This document shows positions 1-10,298 of a stretch of 64,000 nucleotides of DNA, piece by piece. Each line of letters begins with the position of its first letter. Positions within the stretch are counted from its first letter, which is position 1. Below the pieces are notes generated by a model. That model saw only the letters and a program-made list of their open reading frames with translations. It had not been told where the DNA came from and did not search any database. A program made the position numbers and the translations under genes. This stretch comes from Verrucomicrobia bacterium Ga0077533. GTDB taxonomy: Bacteria > Verrucomicrobiota > Verrucomicrobiia > Opitutales > Opitutaceae. Where the stretch lies: positions 8,886 through 72,885 of the forward strand of contig LNEH01000121.1 of NCBI GenBank assembly GCA_001464505.1, read 5' to 3'.

Positions 1-193
1 CCCCCGCTTAAAAGGTGGTTGGCGAGGTCATAACGCCCGGCAATGCGGGCAAACATGCTGTTTACGGCCTGCGGATCGGGCATGGTTAAGGCCTAGCCTT
101 TGTGCGGCTTTGCGGTTGACGCAAGCACTGGGTAGTGAATTATTTGTGGCTGTAGTCTCCCTAGGAACACAAATTTTCAACCCCCGCCCAGCC

Positions 194-499
194 ATGTCGA
201 CCAATCTGACCAAACGTGAGATCGTGCTCGAGATCTACGAGAAGACCGGCTTCCCGCAGAAGCAAATTCAAGACACCGTGCAAATGACCCTCGACATTGT
301 CATGGATGCACTTGCGGCCGGCCGCAACGTCGAGCTCCGCAACTTCGGCGTCCTCGAGGTGCAGGTGCGCAAGGCCCGGGTGGGCCGCAACCCGAACAAG
401 CCTGAGACCGAGGTCGTGGGCAAGATTCTCAAGCAGAAGATCAAGCAGCTGAGCCTCGAGAAATTGCGCAGCAACCCGCCGCCCCCGGCCTCGGCCTGA
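194..499 (+). CDS. HU/IHF family DNA-binding protein with an apparent in-frame deletion in the returning arm
   Basis: LTKREIV...VELRNFGVLEVQVRKARVGRNP motif; the usual IPxRxVVKFK segment after PETEVV is absent. Confidence 0.85.
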   Translation: MSTNLTKREIVLEIYEKTGFPQKQIQDTVQMTLDIVMDALAAGRNVELRNFGVLEVQVRKARVGRNPNKPETEVVGKILKQKIKQLSLEKLRSNPPPPASA

Positions 500-523
500 G
501 CGCGCGCTTAGTCGCAGCGAGGC

Positions 524-1870
524 ATGGCCGGCTTTCAGTCGCTCCCGGGCTTCCGGGATTACCACCCGGAGGACTTTTCGCGTCGCCAGCAGGTCTTTCG
601 TGTCTGGCGCTCAGCCGCCACCGCCTTTGGCTTCCAGGAATACGATGCCCCGGTTCTGGAGCCGCTGGATCTCTACAAGGCCAAGTCGGGGGAGGAGATT
701 GAGACCCAGCTCTTCAGTTTCACCGACAAAGGCGGCCGCGAAGTTTCACTGCGGCCCGAAATGACGCCCACGGTATGCCGCATGGTCGGGGAGAAGGCCG
801 GCTCGCTGAAACGGCCGATCAAGTGGTTCAGCATTGCCGAGTTTTACCGCTATGAACGCGCCCAGAAGGGGCGGCTGCGGGCCTTTCACCAGCTCAATGC
901 CGACATCTTTGGCGAGGCCGGCCCGGAGGCCGAGATCGAGCTCATCGCCCTGCTCATCCAGTGCCTTGCCGGCTTCGGGCTGACCCAGGACGATTTTATC
1001 ATCAGACTGAGCGACCGCAACCTCTGGTTCTACTACTTGGAAGCACTCGGATTTACTGCGGCACAAATCCCCGCTGTGCTTACAGTGGTGGATCGCTTCG
1101 ACAAAGCGGGGGCACCGCAAGTAGAGGCATTCAAGCCCTATGTAGAGAAATTCGGCCCGTTAGATCAGACCACCAAAAACAGGGTTCATGCCTTCGCGTT
1201 GCAAAGTGGAAGCAACTTCAGCGAACAGGAAATCCTGACACTGTGGCTCCAAGATGCCAAACCAGAAGCCCGGGAGAAAGTATCTGCTCGCATGGCCGAT
1301 TTTCGAAAGATAATGGACGGACTAGCGGACATGGGACTTAAGGATTTTGTTGAAATGGACATGATGGTCGTCCGCGGCCTGGCCTACTACACGGGTTTCG
1401 TGTTCGAGGCCTTTGACCGCAAGGGCGACCTGCGCGCGCTGGCCGGCGGCGGGCGCTACAACGATCTCGTCAAGAAACTCGGCGGCCCCGACCTGCCGGC
1501 GGTGGGTTTTGCCATCGGCGACGTGACCACGGGCCTTTTGTTGGAGCAGCACAAGAAGACAGAGCCATATGCCAACGCCCCAGCGGTCTACGCCGTCATC
1601 GGGGGCGAGGCGGCGAGAAAGACGGCGTTCGCTGATATCCAAGCCCTGCGGGCCAGTGGGGTGCGCGTCGAGTATCCCTTCAAGGATCTGGCCTTCGGCA
1701 AGCAGTTCAAGACTGCGTCCGAGTCCGGCGCAAAACTCGCGCTCATCTATGGCGACGATGAGCTGGCCAAAAGGGTCGTGAAACTCCGGGACCTCGCCGA
1801 CCGTTCCGAGCGTGATGTGCCCCACGACCAGGTGGTGGCAGTCGTCCGTGATTTGCTGTCGAGGCGCTGA
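524..1870 (+). CDS. hisS: Histidine--tRNA ligase
   Basis: LRPEMT, YRYERAQKGRLRAFHQ, VRGLAYYTG and GGGRY motifs. Confidence 0.97.
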   Translation: MAGFQSLPGFRDYHPEDFSRRQQVFRVWRSAATAFGFQEYDAPVLEPLDLYKAKSGEEIETQLFSFTDKGGREVSLRPEMTPTVCRMVGEKAGSLKRPIKWFSIAEFYRYERAQKGRLRAFHQLNADIFGEAGPEAEIELIALLIQCLAGFGLTQDDFIIRLSDRNLWFYYLEALGFTAAQIPAVLTVVDRFDKAGAPQVEAFKPYVEKFGPLDQTTKNRVHAFALQSGSNFSEQEILTLWLQDAKPEAREKVSARMADFRKIMDGLADMGLKDFVEMDMMVVRGLAYYTGFVFEAFDRKGDLRALAGGGRYNDLVKKLGGPDLPAVGFAIGDVTTGLLLEQHKKTEPYANAPAVYAVIGGEAARKTAFADIQALRASGVRVEYPFKDLAFGKQFKTASESGAKLALIYGDDELAKRVVKLRDLADRSERDVPHDQVVAVVRDLLSRR

Positions 1871-1883
1871 GAGAACTCCAATC

Positions 1884-1966
1884 TGTCATGCTGAGCGAAG
1901 TGAAGAAACCAGCATGAAAATCCTAGCGCATATCCGGCTGGATCCTTCGCTACACTCAGGATGACA
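1884..1966. repeat. Palindromic element, family A (TGTCATNCTGAGCG...CTCAGRATGACA), intergenic
   Basis: Imperfect inverted arms; homologous to 3231-3313, 57116-57199 and 62642-62725. Confidence 0.85.
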
Positions 1967-1974
1967 TGATCAAA

Positions 1975-2763
1975 ATGTCGGATCTTTTCCTTAGCCTCAT
2001 TCGCATTCTGGCGCTGCTTGGCATCGCCTACGTGCTGCTGGCCGTGGGCACCCATTTCCTGGCGGGGTGGATGATATTCCCGCGTCCGCCGGTGAAATAT
2101 GAGCTGGGGCCGGACTACGTTCAGTTGACGGCGCCCGATGGCGTGAAGATCGCGGCCCGGCACTGGCCGAACCCGCAGGCGAAACACACGCTGCTCTACC
2201 TGCACGGCAACTATGAGGATCTTGGCAGTATCGGCGACTATATGCCGCAGTTTGTTGCCGCGGGCTACGCCGTATTCGCCATCGATTACCGGCGCTACGG
2301 ACACAGTGAAGGCACACCAACCGAGGCCAACGCCTGTTCCGACGCGGCCCTGGCCTACGAACATATGCGCACCAAACTGGGCGTGCCGGCGGACCGGATT
2401 GTCATCTTTGGCTACTCGCTCGGGTCCGGCCCAGCGGTCGAACTGGCCCGGCACCAGCCGGCGGCCGGCCTCGTGATCCAAGGTGCATTTACCAGCGCTT
2501 ATCGCGTCATGACGACCATCCCGGTTTTTCCCGGCGATAAATTTGTCAACATCGCAAAGATGCCGGAGCTTAAGCTGCCGGTGTTCGTGATCCACGGCAA
2601 GGCAGACGACACCGTTCCGTTCTGGCACGGGGAGAAACTCTACGAGGCCATCACCGCCCGAAAGGGGAAGCTGTTTGTCGAGGGCGGACCGCACGCCGGC
2701 CTGGCTGACTTCACCGGCCCGCGCTATTGGGAGGAGCTCCGGAAGTTCACCGACTCCTTGTAG
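1975..2763 (+). CDS. Alpha/beta hydrolase
   Basis: LYLHGN, GYSLG nucleophile elbow, IHGKADDTVP; N-terminal TM segment. Confidence 0.9.
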   Translation: MSDLFLSLIRILALLGIAYVLLAVGTHFLAGWMIFPRPPVKYELGPDYVQLTAPDGVKIAARHWPNPQAKHTLLYLHGNYEDLGSIGDYMPQFVAAGYAVFAIDYRRYGHSEGTPTEANACSDAALAYEHMRTKLGVPADRIVIFGYSLGSGPAVELARHQPAAGLVIQGAFTSAYRVMTTIPVFPGDKFVNIAKMPELKLPVFVIHGKADDTVPFWHGEKLYEAITARKGKLFVEGGPHAGLADFTGPRYWEELRKFTDSL

Positions 2764-2807
2764 GTGGCGTGCTGGCACGCCACATTGCGCGCCAGCGCGC
2801 AACCTAC
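2760..2807. repeat. GTAG REP doublet, family K; supplies the stop codons of both convergent genes
   Basis: GTAGGTGGCGTGCTGGCACGCCAC...GCGCGCAACCTAC; homologous to 58401-58480. Confidence 0.75.
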
Positions 2808-3220
2808 GCCAGATCCGCCGGCCCGAACGCACCGGGCAGCAGTTCGCGCGTGCTGGAAGCAATCTGGCCTTGGCCCCGGCAGATGGAGAGGACGCGGGCG
2901 TCGGGGCCGAATTCGTTGATGACCTGGCGGCAGGCGCCGCAAGGAGCCGTGGGCATGTCGGTCGGGGTGTAAACGACCACGCACTGCAGGCGGAGTTTCT
3001 TTTCACCCGCAGCCACAGCATTGAAGATGGCGGTGCGCTCGGCGCAGTTGGTCAGGCCGTAGGAGGCGTTTTCGACATTGCAGCCGGAGTAAATATTCCC
3101 GGACGAGGTCAGGATGGCGGCGCCGACCGTGAACTTGGAGTAGGGCGCGTAGGCCCGGCCGGCGGCGGTCTTGGCCGCGGTTTTGAGTTTCCTGAGTTGG
3201 GCGGGAGTGGGGCTTTTCAT
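2804..3220 (-). CDS. cdd: Cytidine deaminase
   Basis: AYAPYSKF, NVENASYGLTNCAERTA, PCGACRQ. Confidence 0.95.
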   Translation of the reverse strand: MKSPTPAQLRKLKTAAKTAAGRAYAPYSKFTVGAAILTSSGNIYSGCNVENASYGLTNCAERTAIFNAVAAGEKKLRLQCVVVYTPTDMPTAPCGACRQVINEFGPDARVLSICRGQGQIASSTRELLPGAFGPADLA

Positions 3221-3230
3221 TTTAGTCACC

Positions 3231-3313
3231 TGTCATTCTGAGCGAAGCGAAGAATCCATGGGCTGTCACGCTGCGAGTGTTCCGCTGGATTCTTCGCTGC
3301 GCTCAGAATGACA
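3231..3313. repeat. Palindromic element, family A, intergenic
   Basis: TGTCATTCTGAGCGAAGCGAAGAATCCA...TGGATTCTTCGCTGCGCTCAGAATGACA. Confidence 0.9.
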
Positions 3314-3322
3314 AGCGCAGGG

Positions 3323-4561
3323 CTACAAGCCAAACTCCTGCTTCACCTCGGCGAACTTCTCAATGGCAAACGCGAGGTCTTCCCGGCTGTGCGCGGCGGA
3401 CACCTGGGTGCGGATGCGCGCCATGCCCTGCGGCACGACGGGGTAGAAGAAACCGATGACGTAGACGCCCTTCTCCAGCATCCGGGCGGCGACTTTTTGC
3501 GACAACGCCGCGTCACCGAGCATAACCGGCACGATGGGATGGGAGCCGGGGCGGATCGTGAGGCCGGCCTTGGTGAGGCCGTCGCGAAAAAACTTCGTGC
3601 TGGCCTCGAGTTTGTCGCGCAGCTCGGTCGAGCGGCTGAGCATTTCAAGGCACTTGACGGACGCGGCGGCGACGCTCGGGGCAATCGTGTTCGAGAAGAG
3701 ATAGGGCCGGGAGCGCTGGCGGAGCAGATCGATGATCTCCTTCCGGCCGCTGGTGTAGCCACCAGTGGCGCCGCCGAGGGCCTTGCCAAGGGTGCCGGTG
3801 AAAATGTCCACGCGGCCCGCGACACCGCAGTGCTCGTGCGTGCCGCGGCCGGTCTTGCCCATGAAACCGACGGCATGGCTGTCGTCGACCATCACGAGGG
3901 CATGGTATCTGTCGGCGAGGTCGCAAATGCCATTCAGGTTGGCGATATAACCGTCCATCGAGAACACGCCATCGGTGGCGATGAGCTTGAAGCGCGCCTT
4001 CGCGGCGTCGGCCTCCCGCAGCTTCGCTTCCAGATCCTCGAGGTGGTTGTTCTTGTAGCGGTAGCGCTGGGCCTTGCAAAGCCGGACGCCGTCGATGATC
4101 GAGGCGTGGTTCAATTCGTCCGAGATCACCGCATCCTCCGCGCCCAGCAGCGTCTCGAACAGGCCGCCATTGGCGTCGAAGCAGGAGGAGTAAAGGATGG
4201 TGTCGTCGGTGCCGAGAAACCGGGAGAGGGCCGCCTCGAGATCCTTGTGAATCTGCTGCGTCCCGCAGATGAAGCGCACCGAGGCCAGGCCGTAGCCCCA
4301 GCGGTCGAGCGAATCACGGGCGGCGGCGATGAGCTCGGGATGGTCGGCCAGACCGAGGTAATTGTTGGCGCAAAGGTTCAGCACCTTTCGGTCAGGCGAC
4401 CCTGAGCCTGCCTGCGGTGAGCCTGCCGAACCCGTCGAAGGGCTGGCCACCGCGATGTGCGCCGTCTGGTGCGTGGTGATCACGCGTTCGCGCTTGTAGA
4501 GCCCGGCGGCCTCGATCTCGCCGAGGGTCTGCTTCAGGTGGGTGGAATAGGCGGTGTTCAT
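3323..4561 (-). CDS. kbl: Glycine C-acetyltransferase (2-amino-3-ketobutyrate CoA ligase)
   Basis: [36 protein letters not shown]; adjacent to tdh. Confidence 0.96.
   Translation of the reverse strand: MNTAYSTHLKQTLGEIEAAGLYKRERVITTHQTAHIAVASPSTGSAGSPQAGSGSPDRKVLNLCANNYLGLADHPELIAAARDSLDRWGYGLASVRFICGTQQIHKDLEAALSRFLGTDDTILYSSCFDANGGLFETLLGAEDAVISDELNHASIIDGVRLCKAQRYRYKNNHLEDLEAKLREADAAKARFKLIATDGVFSMDGYIANLNGICDLADRYHALVMVDDSHAVGFMGKTGRGTHEHCGVAGRVDIFTGTLGKALGGATGGYTSGRKEIIDLLRQRSRPYLFSNTIAPSVAAASVKCLEMLSRSTELRDKLEASTKFFRDGLTKAGLTIRPGSHPIVPVMLGDAALSQKVAARMLEKGVYVIGFFYPVVPQGMARIRTQVSAAHSREDLAFAIEKFAEVKQEFGL
4400..4442. repeat. Family H element (CCCTGAGCCTGTCGAAGGG) with a nested related copy, in frame within kbl
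   Basis: CCCTGAGCCT[GCCTGCGGTGAGCCTGCCGAACCC]GTCGAAGGG encodes [14 protein letters not shown]; same core at 50954-50973. Confidence 0.75.
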
Positions 4562-4572
4562 GAAATACGGGT

Positions 4573-4650
4573 AAACACGGAGGACGCAGAGATCGCGGAG
4601 GATTTGCCGAATGAATTATCTCCGCGAACTCTGTGCGCTCTGTGTTAAAA
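4573..4650. repeat. Imperfect inverted repeat built from about 9-bp units, intergenic
   Basis: AACACGGAGGACGCAGAGATCGCGGAG...CTCCGCGAACTCTGTGCGCTCTGTGTT. Confidence 0.7.
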
Positions 4651-4651
4651 A

Positions 4652-5695
4652 TCAGGTTTCCCAGTTGAGCACGATCTTGCCCGACTTGCCGGCGCCCATG
4701 AGCGCGAAGCCCTCCTGGAACTTTTCGACGGGCAGCCGGTGCGTGATGACCGGCTTGATGTCCATGCCGCCCTGCACCAGCGCGGTCATTTTATACCAAG
4801 TCTCGAACATCTCGCGGCCGTAAATGCCCTTCAGGTGAAGCATCTTGAAGACGATCTTGTTCCAGTCGACCTGCGCCTCCCCGGGATGCACCCCGAGCAG
4901 CGCGATCCGCCCGCCCATGACCATGTTGTCGATCATCTGGTTCAAGGCCTGGGCGCTGCCCGACATCTCCAGGCCGATGTCGAAGCCCTCGCTCATGCCC
5001 AGCTCCTTGTGCCAGACATCGGTCAGGTTCTCCTTGGTGACGTTGACCGTGCGGGTCGGGCCCAACTTTCTGGCCAGCTCGAGCCGGCCGTCATTGATGT
5101 CGGTGATGACAATTTTGCGCGCCCCGGCGGTCCGGGCCACGGCGATGGCCATGCAACCGATCGGGCCCGCCCCGGTGATGAGCACGTCCTCGCCCACGAG
5201 GTCAAACGAAAGGGCCGTATGCACGGCATTGCCCAGCGGGTCGAAGCAAGACACGACGTCGAGGTCCATGCCGGCGGGGATCTTCCAGATGTTGGACTGC
5301 GGTATGACCACATAATCGGCAAACGCGCCGTTGCGGTTCACCCCGACCCCCTGCGTGTTGGGGCAGAGGTGGCGGCGTCCGGCAAGGCAGTTGCGGCAAT
5401 GCCCGCAGACAATGTGCCCTTCGCCGGTGACGAGCTGGCCCTTGGTCAGGCCGGTGACGCCGTCGCCGACGTCCTCGACCGTGCCGACGTATTCGTGGCC
5501 GATGATCAGCGGCGGCTTGATGGTGCGCGCGGCCCACCGGTCCCATTTGTTGATATGCACGTCGGTGCCGCAGATGGAGGTCTTCTTGATTTTGATCAGC
5601 ACATCGTTGACCCCGGGGGCGGGGACCGGGGCCTCGGTCATGATGAGGCCGGGGGCGGCGGTGGGCTTGACGATGGCGCGCATGGTGGTGGACAT
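4652..5695 (-). CDS. tdh: L-threonine 3-dehydrogenase
   Basis: [43 protein letters not shown]. Confidence 0.97.
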   Translation of the reverse strand: MSTTMRAIVKPTAAPGLIMTEAPVPAPGVNDVLIKIKKTSICGTDVHINKWDRWAARTIKPPLIIGHEYVGTVEDVGDGVTGLTKGQLVTGEGHIVCGHCRNCLAGRRHLCPNTQGVGVNRNGAFADYVVIPQSNIWKIPAGMDLDVVSCFDPLGNAVHTALSFDLVGEDVLITGAGPIGCMAIAVARTAGARKIVITDINDGRLELARKLGPTRTVNVTKENLTDVWHKELGMSEGFDIGLEMSGSAQALNQMIDNMVMGGRIALLGVHPGEAQVDWNKIVFKMLHLKGIYGREMFETWYKMTALVQGGMDIKPVITHRLPVEKFQEGFALMGAGKSGKIVLNWET

Positions 5696-5843
5696 GAGGG
5701 AAGTTGGTCTGGCGGGAAACTAGGCGGGATGCCCCGGCTGACAACTGTGAACAGCTGGCCGGGCCGGGCTAAAAGCCTATCCGAGTAAAGATCCCCGGAG
5801 CAAGCTCCGGGGCATTCCAATAATTCCGCTGCTGCCCGGTTTT

Positions 5844-5922
5844 TGTGGGAGCGACCTTGGTCGCGACAGTCGCGTGCATCAGCCGTCGCCAAGCCTATGG
5901 CTGACAAGAGCACGCTCCCACA
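5844..5922. repeat. GTGG REP doublet (family C-like) with a nested 30-bp family D element at 5879-5908
   Basis: TGTGGGAGCGAC...GCGTGCA[TCAGCCGTCGCCAAGCCTATGGCTGACAAG]AGCACGCTCCCACA. Confidence 0.8.
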
Positions 5923-6291
5923 GATTCAAACCAAGCCGGAGCATTCTGCTGGCCAGCAGAACGGGGTATTAGACCCAAAGGGAATAAAAAATACCTGAGC
6001 ACCGATCTGCTGAGAGAGGAGCCTGTGCGACCCGACTATCTCGCCCCCGAGATCGAGTTGCCGGGCTTCGAGAGTGACAAGCGCGCCTGCGCGACGTGCC
6101 TGGAAGCGGATTGCGCCGCGCGCCCGGTCTGAACCGGGAAGGTGGGCGCAAATAACCCGCGGTGCGGGCCGCGGGTTTGCTTGCCTGTAACTACGCCGAA
6201 GGCCGCAGGTTTCAGGACAAGCCCCGGGTTTCCAGCAGGAAACGACGGGACATTCTGTCCTCTGACTTCTGTTCTCCGTCCTCTGGTCGCC

Positions 6292-6849
6292 TCACGCCCG
6301 GCCGAGATACGAACCGTCGGCCGTGCTGACCTTGATCATCTCGCCGGCCTTGATGAAGAGCGGCACCTGGACGACAAGGCCGGTTTCCATGGTGGCGGGT
6401 TTCTGGACGTTGCTGGCGGTGTCGCCCTTGATGCCCTCGGAGCTCTCGGCGACCTTGAGCGTCACGGAGGAGGGGATGTCGATCGTGACGGGGACGTCGT
6501 TGATGAAAAGCACGTCGGCCTTGCCGTTGGCGACGAGGTAATTTTTCGCCTCGCCGATCATGACGGCGTTGATCTCGAAGGTCTCAAAGGTCTCCGGGTC
6601 CATGAACGAGAAGACTTCCCGGTCGGCGTAGCTGAACTCCAGCGTGCGGCGGTCGGTATTGAGCACGTCGACATGGTCGGGGGAGTTGAAGCGCTGCTCG
6701 AGCGACTTGCCGTAGCGCAGATTGCGCATCTTCACCTGGACGAAGGCGCGGAGATTGCCCGGCGTGCGGTGCTGGGTCTCCATGATGAGGTGCGGCTCGC
6801 CGTTGAAGGTGATGACTTGGCCTTTGCGGAGGTCGTTGGCTGCGGGCAT
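6292..6849 (-). CDS. efp: Elongation factor P
   Basis: HRTPGNLRAFVQVK, FMDPETFE, KGDTA, VQVPLFIK. Confidence 0.95.
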   Translation of the reverse strand: MPAANDLRKGQVITFNGEPHLIMETQHRTPGNLRAFVQVKMRNLRYGKSLEQRFNSPDHVDVLNTDRRTLEFSYADREVFSFMDPETFETFEINAVMIGEAKNYLVANGKADVLFINDVPVTIDIPSSVTLKVAESSEGIKGDTASNVQKPATMETGLVVQVPLFIKAGEMIKVSTADGSYLGRA

Positions 6850-6962
6850 GACGGGGACAGGTAAGATGGTTTGGTTACGTAAAGGGATAGGATTACCGGT
6901 GCCGTTTCGGCGATGTCAACCTTGTCCTCGTTTTACTTCCTCGCGCTCATATTGGGGAAGTT

Positions 6963-8021
6963 TCAGTCCCGTCGAAGCGCTTCGGCGAAGACGGACGGCG
7001 ATGTCAACCTCGTCCTCACGAATACTTTTCCCACTGCAAAGATGGTTTTTCCCCGACCCGCCGAAACCCGGTCGTCTTTTACAACAGAACAGGTGATCGA
7101 CCAGGAACCGCGCTTGATGCCGGTCACTGAGCGTTCGAACGTGGAGCTGCCATCCACCACGGCTGATGGTTCGATCCGGAGTCGCTGGGTGTCACCGCCG
7201 CTCAGACTGATCACATCGGAAGAGGCATTTTCCAGCACAAGGGATATTGCTTTGGTCAGGCCATCGAGGCCGAGGACTTTCACCGTCAGGGTTGTCGTCT
7301 CGCCTTTCACGAGGGCGGTTTTCGGCGCGGCGAGGTTCACGGCAATGCTCCGAAAATCAGCGTCCGCGGTTTTGTCCCGCTCCCGCAGGACGAGCAGAGC
7401 CATGCCTTTCCTGGTGTAGGAATTGCGCGCGATGAGCTTGCGGGGCGATTCGGCGATGAGTTCGATGGGTTCATCATCCAGCTTCAGGCCGGTGGTGGAC
7501 AGATCGCCGTCGAATGGCCCGAGGGCTTCCAGCAGACGGCCGGTTTGTCCGATTGCCGGGAGGCGAAATGCTTTCGGGGCTCGATCCTCCCGGACCGTGA
7601 CGGAAAGCGGTGTGCGAGCCACTTCTTCTCCCCGGTCGTTCCTCAGCACGAGGGCGATGCCGCCGGATGGCAGCGTCGCGGGGATTGACCAGCCCACAGC
7701 CGGTGAGATTACCCGGTGTGACCGTTGCCCGATTTCGACCGTGCAGCCGGCCAAGGTGGAGTTATTGGCGGCCCGCGCTTCCGGGGAAGTGCCTTGCGGG
7801 GTAATGTTGATCGTGCCGGAAATCGCATCCCCGGGCCGGAGATCGTCGGGCAGGCAAATCTTGATCCCACCGGCCGTGGCGGTGAAGGAGATCGTTTGCA
7901 GCCCGTTGGCGACCTCGTTCTTCGCCGCGAAGGCCGGCCGTTCTGCGGGAGTTCCTTCTGCCCGGGCGCTCTGCGCCATCAGCAATACCAGTGACACCAG
8001 GCTCGCGCATGTTCGCATCAT
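6963..8021 (-). CDS. Hypothetical secreted protein, beta-rich
   Basis: 352-aa ORF with signal-peptide-like N terminus (…AQSARA); no recognised motif. Confidence 0.6.
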   Translation of the reverse strand: MMRTCASLVSLVLLMAQSARAEGTPAERPAFAAKNEVANGLQTISFTATAGGIKICLPDDLRPGDAISGTINITPQGTSPEARAANNSTLAGCTVEIGQRSHRVISPAVGWSIPATLPSGGIALVLRNDRGEEVARTPLSVTVREDRAPKAFRLPAIGQTGRLLEALGPFDGDLSTTGLKLDDEPIELIAESPRKLIARNSYTRKGMALLVLRERDKTADADFRSIAVNLAAPKTALVKGETTTLTVKVLGLDGLTKAISLVLENASSDVISLSGGDTQRLRIEPSAVVDGSSTFERSVTGIKRGSWSITCSVVKDDRVSAGRGKTIFAVGKVFVRTRLTSPSVFAEALRRD

Positions 8022-8176
8022 GGACTTGGGGGGTGGTTGAAAAACAGGGGTGCAGGGAGGGGAACACCCTCAGAGTAACCGTGCCGCGCCCCGCCGCGCA
8101 AGCGCGATGCCGCTCGCGGGCATCATCTCCAAGCTTGTCATTTCCAAGAGGTTTCCGACACTGCCGCGACATACCC

Positions 8177-9508
8177 ATGAAGCAGCGCACCCTTCTGCGC
8201 GAGGTCTCCATCAAGGGCAACGCCCTGCACACCGGAGACGCCGTGCATCTGACTTTCAAACCCGCGCCCGCGAACCACGGCATCGTGTTCCGGCGCGTCG
8301 ACCTGCACGGCCACCCCGAGCTGAAACCGCGCGTGGACCTCGTCACCGATCTGGTGCGGGCCACCACCATTCAGTCGGGCCACGCCAAGATCCACACGGT
8401 CGAGCACGTGCTCAGCGCGCTGAGCGGCTGCGGCGTGGACAACCTCGTCATCGAGATGGACGCCAGCGAACCGCCGATCCTCGACGGCTCCGCCCGGGAA
8501 TTTGTGAAGCTCATCCAACAGGGCGAACCGGTGGAGCAGGCGGCCGAACGCGAGTTTTTCACCCTGACCGAAACGGTCTCCGTCTCGCGCGGCAATTCCT
8601 CCATCATCGCGCTGCCCTTTGACGGCCTGAAAATCACCTGCACGAGCGCCGACGACCGCGGCATCCACACCCAGCACCTCTCGCTCGTCGTGGATCCCGA
8701 GGTCTACGTTACCCAGATCGCCGCCGCGCGCACCTTCACCATCTACGAGGATATCGAGGAATTGCTGAAGCTCGGCAAGATCAAGGGCGGCTCGCTCGAC
8801 AGCGCCATCGTCATCAAGGGCGACAAGATCATTTCGAAGGAGCCGCTGCGCTTTAACGACGAGTTTGTGCGGCACAAGATGCTCGACATCATCGGCGACA
8901 TCACGCTGCTCGGCCTTCCGCTCAAGGCGCATATTGTCGCCACGCGGCCCGGTCACGCCCTCAATGCCGAGCTGACCAAGATCCTGTTTGAGAAATATTC
9001 GTCCTGGCAGAAAGGCGGGAAGAAGGCGCTCAAACCCGCCAGGCCCAAAGTCGACATCACGACCGAGACCACGCTCGATATCCGCCGCGTGCTCGACACG
9101 CTGCCCCACCGCTACCCGTTTGTCATGCTCGACCGGGTCGTCGAGATGACTCCCGACACGCTCACGGCCATCAAGAACATCACCTTCAACGAGCCGTTTT
9201 TTCAGGGCCATTATCCCGGCAACCCCGTCATGCCCGGCGTGCTGCAGGTCGAGGCCATGGCGCAGGCGGCCGGGATCTTGATGCTCCGGCGCGGTTCGAT
9301 GGAGGGGAAGACCGCGCTGTTCATGAGCTGCGACAAGGTGAAGTGGCGCAAGCCGGTCCGCCCCGGCGACCAGTTGAGCGTGAAGGTCAAGCTCACCAAG
9401 GTGCGCGGCACCATCGCGTGCGCCGAGGGGGAGTGCAGCGTCGGCGACCAGGTCGTTTGCTCGGCCGAGCTGATGTTCGCCACCGTGGACAACAGCGAGC
9501 TGGACTGA
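8177..9508 (+). CDS. lpxC-fabZ: Bifunctional LpxC/FabZ fusion
   Basis: [15 protein letters not shown] and HKMLDIIGD (LpxC), then LPHRYPF and [13 protein letters not shown] (FabZ). Confidence 0.96.
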   Translation: MKQRTLLREVSIKGNALHTGDAVHLTFKPAPANHGIVFRRVDLHGHPELKPRVDLVTDLVRATTIQSGHAKIHTVEHVLSALSGCGVDNLVIEMDASEPPILDGSAREFVKLIQQGEPVEQAAEREFFTLTETVSVSRGNSSIIALPFDGLKITCTSADDRGIHTQHLSLVVDPEVYVTQIAAARTFTIYEDIEELLKLGKIKGGSLDSAIVIKGDKIISKEPLRFNDEFVRHKMLDIIGDITLLGLPLKAHIVATRPGHALNAELTKILFEKYSSWQKGGKKALKPARPKVDITTETTLDIRRVLDTLPHRYPFVMLDRVVEMTPDTLTAIKNITFNEPFFQGHYPGNPVMPGVLQVEAMAQAAGILMLRRGSMEGKTALFMSCDKVKWRKPVRPGDQLSVKVKLTKVRGTIACAEGECSVGDQVVCSAELMFATVDNSELD

Positions 9509-9512
9509 GGCC

Positions 9513-10298
9513 ATGGCCAGACAGATCCATCCCACCGCCATCGTCGAGCCGGGTGCGGAATTGGGCGAGGACGTCGTGATCGGCGCCTACGCCTACGTCG
9601 GCGCCAAGGCCGTCCTAGGCGCCGGCACCGTGCTGCACCACCATGCCAGCGTCGAAGGCCACACCACGGTGGGGCAGAACTGCGAGATTTTCCCCTTCAC
9701 CTGCATCGGCACCAAGACGCAGGATCTGAAATACCGGGGCGGCCAACCCGGCGTGAGGATCGGTGACCGCAATGTTTTACGGGAATACGTCAGTGTGCAT
9801 GCCGCCACCAACGACGCGGAATTCACCGTGCTCGGCCACGACAACACCATTCTCGCCTACAGCCACATCGCGCACGATTGCCGGCTGGGCAGCCACATCA
9901 TCGCGAGCAATTCCGTCGGACTGGCGGGACACGTGATCATCGAGGACTATGTCGGCCTCGGGGCCAAGTGCGGCGTGCACCAGTTCTGCCGCGTGGGCGC
10001 CAATGCGATGGTCGGCGCCATGTCGAAGGTCGTGCAGGATGTGCCGCCCTTCGTCATCGCCGACGGCAATCCCGCCATTGCGCGTTCGATCAACAAGATT
10101 GGGCTGGAGCGCAACGGCTTTGCCCCGGAGCGGCTCGATGCGATCAAACAGGCGTTCCGGATTTTCTACCGGGCGGGCCACAATCGCACCCAGGCCTTCG
10201 AGCGCATGCGCGCCCACCCGCTGGTCACGACGGCGGATTTCCAGCATTTTCTCACTTTCGTCGAGCGCAGCGAACGCGGCGTGGTCGCCGGCCGGTGA
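9513..10298 (+). CDS. lpxA: UDP-N-acetylglucosamine acyltransferase
   Basis: IHPTAIV, hexapeptide repeats, HIAHDC, VHQFCRVG, QDVPPF. Confidence 0.96.
   Translation: MARQIHPTAIVEPGAELGEDVVIGAYAYVGAKAVLGAGTVLHHHASVEGHTTVGQNCEIFPFTCIGTKTQDLKYRGGQPGVRIGDRNVLREYVSVHAATNDAEFTVLGHDNTILAYSHIAHDCRLGSHIIASNSVGLAGHVIIEDYVGLGAKCGVHQFCRVGANAMVGAMSKVVQDVPPFVIADGNPAIARSINKIGLERNGFAPERLDAIKQAFRIFYRAGHNRTQAFERMRAHPLVTTADFQHFLTFVERSERGVVAGR

Noticed and set aside
8177-9508. LpxC-FabZ fusion as a novelty
   Set aside because: This fusion is already known in several phyla.
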